A DNA stretch of 64,000 nucleotides from a virus, in IMG/VR virus record IMGVR_UViG_2710264501_000005, positions 5,929 to 69,928 of that record; one strand, given 5' to 3'. Below the pieces are notes generated by a model. It saw only the letters and a list, made by a program, of their open reading frames with translations. It had not been told where the DNA came from and did no database searches. Shown here piece after piece: positions 54,115 through 63,379 of this stretch. A program made the position numbers and the translations under genes. How positions within the stretch are numbered: the first letter of the stretch is position 1; each line of letters starts with the position of its first letter.

Positions 54115-55065
54115 ATGCCAAAGGGATTCAACGCCACACTGACGGTAAACGGTCAGGAATACCCCATTTCAGACGCGAAGGTTAGCATGGCAGACTACTA
54201 CAGCACTCCGGTCGGGAAGATCACCGTACACGGTAAAGCGCACACTTGGGAGGCTAAGCTTCTCGCGTGGGAATGGTCCTATGACGGCAAGCTGAGAGTA
54301 CAGACCTCTTTTCACTTGGCAATAATCCCAGACACCCGCCTAACCCTGGAAATCTTCGCCCCGGACTGTGAGCCTGCCACATGGTACGTATCAGAGAACC
54401 ACGGTGACGGCTGGCATACCCTCCGAGTACCCACCAAAGCAGAAAAGCAGGCCATCGGACTCACCAAGGTGGCTCAGGTATTCGCTTCTCAGGGAGTCAC
54501 CACTCAGCAGGCGGTAGATAGCCTAAAGGCAGCCGCCAAGCCGAAAAAGCCTGTCTGCAAGGAATGTGGAAAGGAGTACATCGCCGGCGGCACCGAGCTA
54601 TGCCTCGCGTGCTTGAATACTCAATGGGTGGCCGATTACTACAAAAACTCTCTGGCAGGTATCCCTAACTCTCTGGTAGGAATCCCCACGACAACGAAGA
54701 AACAATCGCCAGCCACGCCACCACGGTGGAAACCGATCTTGTGGCACAACGGCGAAGCTTATCAGGTCCGCATCGACAGAGAATACAACGACGGCATGAT
54801 TGCGGTCGCAGTAGAAAGTTATAAGACGTTCTGCGGGAAAATATGGGACGAGGTGACCCTAGAGCGGCAATCATCGAAAATGTCGCATATGGAGATAACT
54901 GCCATAGTTGGAAATGGTGTTGCCCTAAGACCAAAAGCCACGCCACCGAACACAAGCGGATGGGAGAAGTACAGCAAGACGCCACCCCAAACACAACCCA
55001 AACAGCAGAGCAAGCCACTACAAAAGAACCGCCCCACTAGATGCTTCCGGTTTGACGATGACTAA
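54115..55065 (+). CDS. hypothetical mosaic protein
   Basis: 316-aa ORF with an internal CxxC...CxxC. Confidence 0.6.
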   Translation: MPKGFNATLTVNGQEYPISDAKVSMADYYSTPVGKITVHGKAHTWEAKLLAWEWSYDGKLRVQTSFHLAIIPDTRLTLEIFAPDCEPATWYVSENHGDGWHTLRVPTKAEKQAIGLTKVAQVFASQGVTTQQAVDSLKAAAKPKKPVCKECGKEYIAGGTELCLACLNTQWVADYYKNSLAGIPNSLVGIPTTTKKQSPATPPRWKPILWHNGEAYQVRIDREYNDGMIAVAVESYKTFCGKIWDEVTLERQSSKMSHMEITAIVGNGVALRPKATPPNTSGWEKYSKTPPQTQPKQQSKPLQKNRPTRCFRFDDD

Positions 55066-55129
55066 TGCACATGATAGCATACCCTTAGTCTAACCTACCC
55101 TAATACACTAGCACCAAACCACACTAACG

Positions 55130-55690
55130 ATGAGTACGGCAGTTACCGAACAACTACCCGCATACGCTGATGAGTTCAGCCATTTGCAACACCCTAAAAA
55201 GCGGGCCTTTCTAACCGCGTTCGCTCAGATCGGTATCGTCAGACAAGCCGCTAAAGCAGCCGATATTAACCGGGGTACGCACAACAATTGGCTCAATGAT
55301 CCAAGCCCAGAAGGCGATGAATATCGGGCAGCCTTTGAGCTAGCCAAGCAATACGCCTGCGAGTACCTGGAACTGGAAGCGTTCCGCCGAGCTACACAGG
55401 GCGTAGACGAGCCGATCTATCAAGGCGGGGAACAGGTAGGGATCAGGCGGCGGTATTCGGATACGCTGTTGATCTTCCTGATGAAGGCCGCGATGCCAGA
55501 GAAGTACGCGGATCGCCGCTATGAGCACCGCACGAACATCGAGATCAAGGATCAGCAGATAGAATTAGCGGTAGAGAAGTTGAGCATCGAGCAGTTGCAG
55601 GCCGTGACGAAGCTATTGGAGAACGCGGGGGAAGCGGCGGGCGTGGTTTTGGATGTTGAGAGCAGTGAACCGGGGGAGAGAGATGACTAA
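55130..55690 (+). CDS. terS: terminase small subunit-like protein
   Basis: KKRAFLTAFA...QAAKAA HTH; EAFRRA..G; RYSDTLLIFLMKA..PEKY. Confidence 0.75.
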   Translation: MSTAVTEQLPAYADEFSHLQHPKKRAFLTAFAQIGIVRQAAKAADINRGTHNNWLNDPSPEGDEYRAAFELAKQYACEYLELEAFRRATQGVDEPIYQGGEQVGIRRRYSDTLLIFLMKAAMPEKYADRRYEHRTNIEIKDQQIELAVEKLSIEQLQAVTKLLENAGEAAGVVLDVESSEPGERDD

Positions 55691-56323
55691 GGGCGAGTTG
55701 GTCAAAGCGTTGGAGCAGTTCCAAGACGATCAATTCGTCATGGTTCTGACCGAGCATGGGCAGACGATGATTCAGGGCGTTGTGACTGTCCCGCCGTGGT
55801 ATCCGAGTGCGGACAAGGGGGAGGAACAGTGCCTCATAGCCTTGCGGGTGCATACGCGGAACAAGGAGTTAGGTCCCTGGGATCATGTGACGGCAGAGCA
55901 GAGGGCGTTGCAGGTGGAAAGCCGCATTAAGGAAATTGCGGGCCTCAGATGGGCTTTCAAGTGGTCTACCTTGATTTTTGGGGAACACGGCTCTTAGGAA
56001 ATCTTGGGCGGGGGAGAGCGATGACTGAGAGTGAATGGGTGCGAACGGATCAGGCGGGGATTTACATACGGGAAACAAGCGACAAACCGAAGCCGAAACA
56101 CAGGCTAGGAATCTTGGAGGTAGAGGAGTCAGAGGACCGGGAGGCGGTCAAGGCGGCTTTGTCGGACCTCTTGGATGCCTTGAAGCTATCTGATGGTGTC
56201 GGCGGAATCCGATTGCCGGGAATGGCGGGTCCGGAGAAGCGTAAGGCGTGGTTCGCCTTGTACCGCTACGTCGGAGAGGCTTTGCTGGGGCAGGATTGCC
56301 CAGAGAAAGAGGTTCTAACATGA
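55683..56323 (+). CDS. two hypothetical ORFs (about 55683-55997 and 56020-56323)
   Basis: Co-directional, with RBS. Confidence 0.5.
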
Positions 56324-56631
56324 AGCGACGGGACTTATTCAAGGCTCTTGCGGGAGCGGTGGCCGGGCTTTTAGTGCCGTGGAAGAAATCTCCAGCCAGT
56401 GAAGCGGATCAATCGGTTTTGTCGGCCATGAAAAAGTTGGCCCGTAATCCAGACCTGATTGTATTTGACCGCACGCTTCCTCCCAGAAACGTCAACTGCC
56501 GATGTGTGACGACGTGGGCTCACCATATCGGCCCGATTGAGTTTTACGACGGGCCAGAAATTAAGACTCCACTCCTTTGTGGAGAGATGGACTTTCCGAA
56601 AATCAACGTGACTGTGATGCAAAATGACTGA
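56320..56631 (+). CDS. hypothetical protein with Tat-like N-terminus
   Basis: MKRRDLFKALAGAVAGLLVPW; internal NCRC. Confidence 0.55.
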   Translation: MKRRDLFKALAGAVAGLLVPWKKSPASEADQSVLSAMKKLARNPDLIVFDRTLPPRNVNCRCVTTWAHHIGPIEFYDGPEIKTPLLCGEMDFPKINVTVMQND

Positions 56632-56833
56632 CCCGACCGGCCACAAGATCGACCTGTTCGGCATCCCGATCATTGAGAGCGACACATTAAACCCCGGAGA
56701 ACTCCGGTTAGTCTACTTGCCTCAGATCGACGAAGAGAAACGGCGGCAGATCATTCAGGCATGGGAGGAAGCGTATCGTGGGGTAGGCCAAGGGCAAGCT
56801 ATTTTTCCGGGTATTCCAAGCGGCGAGGGCTAA

Positions 56834-57244
56834 ATGAAACGCCATCTCTTCGATATCCTGATACTCGTTCTGCTGTTGGCCTTTGCTTTGTCTACCTTTG
56901 CTTTGTCTACCTTTGCAGGCGAGTCGGAGTACGAGGCGGCCCATCGGATGGCAGGCAAGTATGGGATCACCAACCCCAGGGAAGAGATCGATGTGAGGCT
57001 TCCCAGCGGCATTGAGGTGGACTATCTGCCGTCCAGTAGCGTCTACGCATACGAGATCGACCGGGCGTCGAAGTTCACAGAGGCGATAGGGCAATCCCTG
57101 GAATATGCTCTTGAGACGAACCGCAAGCCCGCAATCATCTTGCTTGTGAACGGCACAGAGAAGGATCAGTGGTACTTCGGCCGATGCCGCAAGGTATGCG
57201 AGCGGTACGGTATTGCGTTGTTTCAGGAACCGCTGGAGGATTAA
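56834..57244 (+). CDS. exported PD-(D/E)XK-like protein
   Basis: Signal peptide; EVDYL...YEID...EAIGQSLEYA...KPAIIL; 15-nt tandem duplication (FALST twice) at 56881-56916. Confidence 0.6.
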   Translation: MKRHLFDILILVLLLAFALSTFALSTFAGESEYEAAHRMAGKYGITNPREEIDVRLPSGIEVDYLPSSSVYAYEIDRASKFTEAIGQSLEYALETNRKPAIILLVNGTEKDQWYFGRCRKVCERYGIALFQEPLED

Positions 57245-57248
57245 GGGC

Positions 57249-57492
57249 GATGGGAGAGACTAAAAAGAAGGCAGAGAAAGAGTCTGTGTTTTTGCATGAG
57301 CGGCTGACGTGGCTTGTTAAACAGGGATGCTATCCGTGTTTAAGCTATCGTGGCCGCAACGTCTGGCGAGCCCATGTCAACGCATGTGGGAATTTCTGGG
57401 ACGAGGGGGAAACGCCAGCGGTTGCATTGGACAAAGCTCTTACGACGTGGACCAAAGCTGGCCGTCCAATGGACGGCTTGGCAGCAACATAG
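57249..57492 (+). CDS. hypothetical protein
   Basis: ATG at 57249 after AAGGG. Confidence 0.5.
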
Positions 57493-57528
57493 ACACGAGG
57501 GCGACCACCTCTAGCCAAGGGTGCCGCC

Positions 57529-58113
57529 ATGAAACCCTGGGAGGTACTCGACCGGCAGTTTGCCCGGTTGAAATGGTTGCTCGAAGAGGGATACTTGACG
57601 GACAAAGGCTATGAAGCCTCACACTATGACTTATGTAGGGCGATACCTTTTTTGAACGGAGGAACTATGGACCCGGAACCGAAACCGGCAGAGTGCGACG
57701 ATCCCGATTGCCGGGGCGCGAGCTTCGGTATGCATATCGGACATGGAAGGTCGTCTCTAATTCAACGATTTGAGGTATTCGACAATGGCGGTGATCTCTT
57801 GATCCTTCAGCCGGCCCTTGTAGGTGGGCATGACCGCCTGGTAACCCTGGCGGATTTTGGCCATCGGCTCGAGGATCGACTCCCGGATGTAGTTGTCGTC
57901 GACCTCGGCCGAGGTTCCGTCGGCGAAGGTGTGGGTCTCACCGTAGATCCCTTGGAAGGTGGGACCAACCTTGGCGGTGCCGTCGATGCTATGACAGGTC
58001 AGGCAGCCGTGCCGGCGGACCAGTTCGGCGCCCGCCTCGACCGGCGTCATCCGTTCCAGCAGGTTGGCGGCGATGACTGCTGCGAGGATGACAACGGCGG
58101 CTGTTGCGATTGA
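57529..58113 (+). CDS. small phage protein carrying an in-frame 354-bp foreign insert
   Basis: Removing 57719-58072 gives ...ECDDPDCRGDDCCEDDNGGCCD*. Confidence 0.5.
   Translation: MKPWEVLDRQFARLKWLLEEGYLTDKGYEASHYDLCRAIPFLNGGTMDPEPKPAECDDPDCRGASFGMHIGHGRSSLIQRFEVFDNGGDLLILQPALVGGHDRLVTLADFGHRLEDRLPDVVVVDLGRGSVGEGVGLTVDPLEGGTNLGGAVDAMTGQAAVPADQFGARLDRRHPFQQVGGDDCCEDDNGGCCD
57757..58072 (-). pseudogene. coxB: captured 3' fragment of cytochrome c oxidase subunit II (cytochrome c domain)
   Basis: GCLTCHSIDG (CxxCH), VGPTFQG, YIRESILEPMAKIRQGY..VMPTY. Confidence 0.75.
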
Positions 58114-58182
58114 TCCTGAAACAAGGCCCGCCGGGAGCCTTAATCCCGGCCTTTTTCTTACCCTTGTGAGGTATTGCTAGCA

Positions 58183-58236
58183 ATCATTTTTTAAAATTGA
58201 TGGTTTTCGCAAACCCCTGCAGGGCAAGCATTTAGG
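58183..58236. repeat. 19-bp plus 29-bp palindrome, copy 5
   Basis: ATCATTTTTTAAAATTGAT-N6-CGCAAACCCCTGCAGGGCAAGCATTTAGG. Confidence 0.75.
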
Positions 58237-58516
58237 AAAACGCATTTTTTGGGATTTTGCCGAAAAACTACATAGAGTGGACGGGGGACAAACAGTTATG
58301 ACAGGGGAGCTAGTGCACTTGATCGGCGGTCCAGCAAACGGCATAAAGATGACAGTGAGCAGCAAGGCGAGCAAGCTGAAACTGCCATACATCCAGAACC
58401 TTGGTACAGCGAGGCGTCTGATGTGGGCCTTGTATCGCAGGGACGGGGCAGAGCGATACGTGTACGATTCAAGCTCGCGTAGTTCGATGGGGGCCGACTA
58501 ACCTAGGTCCAGAGCG

Positions 58517-58831
58517 ATGAACCCAAAACAACCAATTCCACCCCCGCCCGTAGACTTTTCGCAATACCTGCAACCGGGAGAGGCCGCCACGGAAAGGCCC
58601 GATGCGGTGTCTTTCAGGGTATCGAACGAGACGAGCGGAAGAGATAAGGGGTACTACTGGGTCCTGTACCCTAAGCACGATCCCGAGTGGATTGTGGCCG
58701 AATGGGATGGGGTTAGATGGTGGATGCCGGGACGCGATGATGACGACCTTGACGATTCGTGGTTTGACGAGATAGGACCCAAGGTCCCAAGCCGAGAACA
58801 CCTGGACAATCGAGGGCGATCCGCTTTATAG
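58517..58831 (+). CDS. small protein, family of 47179-47385 and 63134-63376
   Basis: GYYWV...W.VAEW...DEIGPKVPSRE. Confidence 0.65.
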   Translation: MNPKQPIPPPPVDFSQYLQPGEAATERPDAVSFRVSNETSGRDKGYYWVLYPKHDPEWIVAEWDGVRWWMPGRDDDDLDDSWFDEIGPKVPSREHLDNRGRSAL

Positions 58832-58843
58832 AGGAGTAGTGTT

Positions 58844-59665
58844 ATGTCGAAAGTTGACGGAGAACTCGTGCAAAAGGCTCTTAGCCTGTGCGTAACCGAT
58901 CCCGAGCGGGTGACGCCCGTAGAGCGGGAGGTAAAGTCTATCGTCCAGGCGTATCAAGCCCTGGGTGATGAAATCGCCGCTCAGGGCGAAACTGAGGGGC
59001 GTACTGCCCAGTTTTACGCCTACGAACAGGCACTAAGGGATTATGCCTATGGAGGCGTGGCGATCTTCCATGCCGTGCAGGGCCGCAACGAGGCGGCTGT
59101 GAGGGCTGCTGAGGAGGCCGAGAAGATCGAAGTCCGGCTGCGGGCTAACAAGGCCGCCGATAAATTGGTTGAGGCGGCTAAGAGTGCCGTAGCGGAAGAG
59201 ATCAAGACCCATCGGGCCAAGCGTCCGAAGGTCGAGATCGACGAGGCCAGAGAGGAGGTGAGCGATGGACCCGCGACCCCTGCGACTCCACCGGCTGTTG
59301 AAGGAGGCCCGCAAGCTCCTGGCGGCCCTGTGGAAGGTACTAATGGAGTTGATCCGGGAACTACGCCGGTAGACGAACTGGCGGTCTTGGGTGGCGTGAT
59401 TGCAGGCAAGCTCAAGGCGGCTGGCATCACGACAAAGGCAGAGGCTCAGGCCCACTTGGACTCCCAGGGTACGTTTGAGCCGATCCTGAACAAGGCTCGC
59501 AGCGATGCGACGATTGAGGGTTTGGGGCTGACTGTGGCCCCGGTCGAACCCGCTCCCGAGCCCGTTGCAGAGCCGGTTGCCCCCGATGCCCCGGCAGAAA
59601 CTCCTGCTCCCGACAAGCAAGCGGCCGTTGACGCTGCCCTTGCAGAGGAACTTGGGACCGCGTAA
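58844..59665 (+). CDS. Ala/Pro/Glu-rich protein with HhH-like motif
   Basis: GAGGAG RBS; VDELAVLGGVIAGKLKAAGITT. Confidence 0.65.
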   Translation: MSKVDGELVQKALSLCVTDPERVTPVEREVKSIVQAYQALGDEIAAQGETEGRTAQFYAYEQALRDYAYGGVAIFHAVQGRNEAAVRAAEEAEKIEVRLRANKAADKLVEAAKSAVAEEIKTHRAKRPKVEIDEAREEVSDGPATPATPPAVEGGPQAPGGPVEGTNGVDPGTTPVDELAVLGGVIAGKLKAAGITTKAEAQAHLDSQGTFEPILNKARSDATIEGLGLTVAPVEPAPEPVAEPVAPDAPAETPAPDKQAAVDAALAEELGTA

Positions 59666-59824
59666 GACGAGATCGAGGGCGATGCCGATTAAGTCTTGTG
59701 TGGTACACTATAAGGCGGCGGGGTCATATCGGCCCCGTCGCCTTGGTTTTTGTGGAGGGCGAAAGCCGAACAGATGGGCCGTGTGTCCCGTGTGCGGATC
59801 AATAGTAATCAGGAGAGGCAATAA

Positions 59825-60121
59825 ATGATACATGCCAGAAAAGACTACAACCGAATCCAAGACCCGGCCTTAAATGACCCGTCGTTGCTGTCAGAAGGAT
59901 CGACACCGATAGCGGAAGATGAGCCGGTGTTTCTCGTTCGAGCCAGCGACCAGGCATTTGTGGCAACGCTGGAAGCATGGGCCAAAGCTCACAACGAAAA
60001 AGCGGACGACACGTCAATGAGCGATGCGGTGGCTTCGCATATCGAGTTAGCACTGAAGTGGCAGCGGGAAAATCGGATTAAAGTTGCTGATGCACCGCTA
60101 TCTGTTTTGTCCCGGCAGTAA
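59825..60121 (+). CDS. hypothetical protein
   Basis: DEPVFLVRASD...W. Confidence 0.6.
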   Translation: MIHARKDYNRIQDPALNDPSLLSEGSTPIAEDEPVFLVRASDQAFVATLEAWAKAHNEKADDTSMSDAVASHIELALKWQRENRIKVADAPLSVLSRQ

Positions 60122-60263
60122 CAAACAGGCAGCAAGCAAAAAGGAAGGGAGGTGCCAGATGAAGTGAATGCAGAGGCCCGTAGAACCGGCTCCGTTCTGG
60201 TCAGAATCCAAACAGTTGCAAGACCGCAAAAGTAATCCAGGAAGTCCAAGAGGAGCCTATACC

Positions 60264-60602
60264 ATGAGTAGCGTTGCAGACACCATGAAGATCGTAGCCA
60301 AGCACAAGCTGAGAGTTAACGTCAAGTCTCTGGCGGCTGAATCCCGGTTCATCCGGCATGAGATGCGACGGACCCGGAACCCCGAGGTCAAGGCCACGCT
60401 AGCCTGCCATCGGGCCTTGCGGGTGAAACCAGAGGCGAGACTAGCCCATTTAGCTCTGGCGTTCGTCAAGGGCGTGCCATACCGGCACGTCGAACAGAAG
60501 GCCAAGACGGCAGTACAATCAGCGGAACTCGCCAAAAAGGTCGGGAGGTTCGCCTACCTCCCTGACTGCGAAACGGCGGTTCGATCTTGGCTAGAAGAGT
60601 AG
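60264..60602 (+). CDS. hypothetical protein
   Basis: AGGAG RBS; LAHLALAFVKG.PY..VE. Confidence 0.6.
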   Translation: MSSVADTMKIVAKHKLRVNVKSLAAESRFIRHEMRRTRNPEVKATLACHRALRVKPEARLAHLALAFVKGVPYRHVEQKAKTAVQSAELAKKVGRFAYLPDCETAVRSWLEE

Positions 60603-60608
60603 GCGGGA

Positions 60609-60679
60609 GGGCGTTAGCGGCAAGGTGCCGCGATGGGCTTTCAATCCCATTATGGCGGGTTCGATTCCCGCAACGCCCC
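60609..60679 (+). tRNA. atypical tRNA, 8-nt anticodon loop CUUUCAAU (Glu UUC, or UCA)
   Basis: Acceptor GGGCGTT/AACGCCC, D-stem GCGG/CCGC, anticodon stem ATGGG/CCCAT, T-arm GCGGG-TTCGATT-CCCGC; no encoded CCA. Confidence 0.6.
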
Positions 60680-60902
60680 TCAAGGCCCCAGTGGCGATTG
60701 AAATATCTGCGAACGGTAGTCGAAGCACTCCCCGACACAGTGCATGAGCGGAAGTGCCGAGATTGCGGCGTACTGTCTCTCCATGCCGATAGCGTGATGC
60801 CGTATGTACAATGTAGATCATGCGGAAGCAGGGACACGCGAGCGACGAAACGAAAACTTGCACTAGGGTAGGTAACAGGGCAGCAAACACAGGAGAAAAG
60901 CG

Positions 60903-61151
60903 ATGCTTAACGGATTGCCGGTTATCGGGTGGGCAGTTTCGTTCGTGGTGGCCGTTTCCATGTCGGTGCCGTTCTGGCTGGGATGGTCGGTATACGGAAT
61001 TGGACAGAGGTACTTCGGTTTTCTGCCAACACAGTGGCAGTCTATTCCGTTCTGGGATTGTGTATGGCTGGCTATCTGCATTACCATCGTCAAGGCGGTC
61101 ATTGTTCCGAAGCTGGCGAGCGTGAGTCAGTCGAACGAAAAGAATGGCTAA
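60903..61151 (+). CDS. small membrane protein
   Basis: Hydrophobic Trp-rich segments; AGGAG RBS. Confidence 0.6.
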   Translation: MLNGLPVIGWAVSFVVAVSMSVPFWLGWSVYGIGQRYFGFLPTQWQSIPFWDCVWLAICITIVKAVIVPKLASVSQSNEKNG

Positions 61152-61549
61152 CGGGCTAACAGAACTTTAGTACGAGGGCGAAACCATGCCGGTACTCTGG
61201 CACAAACAACCTGGATACGCTGCAACCTGTCAGGGCTGCAAGCACCTGGACTTAGAGGCCAAGCAGTTAGGCCACACGAACCCATGCGGCAAGGTTGGCT
61301 GGTTTGGGGCTTCCCGGTGTTCGCGGCCGACAATTTCGGACGATGGCCGGGAGTGCGACATGCGGGAGGAAGTGCTGTGTCAGATCGAAAGCTAACCGCT
61401 TGGCTATGTGGTGCCGCAATAGGCTGCATGGCTTCCGCGTTGGATATCGGGTTCTGTCAAGCTCCACCACTGGACTGTGCGGTAGGCGTTATTGCCGGTC
61501 TGGTGGTAGGCTGGTTTCTGTTGGACTTCTTGATAGAGGCGGGGTGGTG

Positions 61550-62928
61550 ATGAGTGCCAAAGCTCATTTCCTAGCGTTCGTGGTTTTGTTCGTGGCCAAC
61601 CTTGCGATGTTTTTTGCAACAGACGCATTTAATCGCTTGGAGACGGCGACGATAGCAAGCATCATGTTTGCGGCTGGGTTTATGGCTTGTGCCAGCATGG
61701 CAATCAAGCTGTTTGGAAACGATGACTAGGAAAGAGATTCAATGACCACATGGGACAAGATGCTGGAACTGGTTAGGCGGGGCTACAACTTCGAGGTCGG
61801 CCCCCACTCAGCAGTTCAAGGCTTGACCGGCTTCTATGCTGGAGCCTACCGCGATTCAGAAGTAGAGTTGTGCGATAACTGCGATGGCCGAGCAGATAGC
61901 GGTTGGGGCAACACTCAGCACGCCCACACCGTCGAAGAGGCGATTGAGTTAGCAATCCGAGCGGCGGAAGGTGAGGACATTCCCGTCGTGGAATCGGAAG
62001 AGTTTAGGAGGCAGACGAGAATTGATTAGAAAGGGCGACCCCATGCCGGTCAACGGGTGCAGCAAGTGCGGATCATACTTCGGGGCTCCTCGTCCAGGTA
62101 CGGGGATGATGGCAGACCCAAGCCGTAAGTGGTGGCAGTTTTGGCGTTGTGTACCCTGTGATGGGTGCGATGGTACGGGCTACGCGAAGCCGGGGCCACG
62201 GCCGGAACCACCCCCTGCCCCGCCACCGGTCCTTATAGCCAAGCGAATTTCGGCAGAGATAACCGCCGAGATTAACGCGGCTGTTGAGCGTGAAATGAGG
62301 AAGCGAGGTGTGCGATGACAGACCCGATCTTCGACGCACAGCCCGGCAACAAACTGCCAGCCGATCCAACCCTAAAAGAACTGGTCGAGTACGTCAAAGC
62401 AGAGCACAACGGCCAGTTTTCAGTTGAGGACTTCACCTGCTACAACTGCAAGGGCTGGCGGGACTGTGAGTTTCAATTCGACCTGTACAACACACATGGC
62501 GATTGCCTGATGGAGAAGTGATGAGCGAAGTAATAGATTCTGATGGAAACGAAATTACTTGCGGCCGTTACCTAGTTAGAGACAAACCATCCGACGTAGG
62601 GTGCCGCCTTGTGGAGGTTGTTTTAACTGGAGATACGGCGTGGTGCCGTGATTACGGAACGTCAGGATGGTTTCCTGTATGCAAGCAACTGCCGGGTGAG
62701 GTATGGTATCGGATAACTCATGGTTTAGGTGATTAGATGGGCGTAATGAAAGCCATATCCACCCGCCGCATAAACGATCCTGACCTAGAGGGAAACGATC
62801 CCGAGTCCCGCGTCATGCGGCTATTGTGGCTCCAAGAAAAGAACCGGAACAAACCGGATACCTGGGAGTCGGAGGTCAAGGTAATCAGCCCGCCACGGGA
62901 CGGCTGGAAGCAAGAGAGGATGTTTTGA
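61550..62928 (+). CDS. run of small hypothetical ORFs (about 61550-61729, 61742-62029, 62044-62318, 62315-62521, 62521-62736, 62737-62928)
   Basis: Co-directional, translationally coupled. Confidence 0.5.
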
Positions 62929-63137
62929 TGATCGAAGTTTGGTGGGTGTCGTGCCATAAGTTTACTGTCAAGGTATGCATCCGCGATGAGCGGATCATCG
63001 ACGCGGCTCCGATTGTCAGGCGATTCAAGGGGCAGCCGTTGGATAACCTCTTGTCTTGGATGAAATCTGTCGGCGGTTTGACATTGACGAAGATTGGCGA
63101 GCGGGAGGGTAGCTTTAAACAGCGGAGGATGTTTTGA
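62928..63137 (+). CDS. small hypothetical protein
   Basis: IIDAAPIVRRFKGQPLDNLLSW; ends QRRMF. Confidence 0.55.
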   Translation: MIEVWWVSCHKFTVKVCIRDERIIDAAPIVRRFKGQPLDNLLSWMKSVGGLTLTKIGEREGSFKQRRMF

Positions 63138-63376
63138 TGAGTGATCAAAGGGAACAAGGATACTACTGGGTTCGGCTACGCGATGGGAACGAATGGTGTA
63201 TAGCCGAATGGTTCCCAGAGGAGGGCTATCAATGCTGGTTTGCAGAGGGCATGGAGCAGTCTTTCAGTGACGACTTGTTAGCCGAGATCGGCCCTCGCGT
63301 ACCCACCCGCGAAGAACTCCAAACCATGCGAGACAAGCTAGCCCAATACGTACAGAGATTCGGGCACTTGGACTAG
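63134..63376 (+). CDS. small protein, family of 47179-47385 and 58517-58831
   Basis: GYYWVRL...W.IAEW...AEIGPRVPTRE. Confidence 0.65.
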   Translation: MMSDQREQGYYWVRLRDGNEWCIAEWFPEEGYQCWFAEGMEQSFSDDLLAEIGPRVPTREELQTMRDKLAQYVQRFGHLD

Positions 63377-63379
63377 GAC

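Noticed and set aside
57757-58050. Functional auxiliary metabolic cytochrome c gene
   Set aside because: It lacks the CuA and TM parts of CoxB and any start codon for an export signal; treated as a captured fragment.
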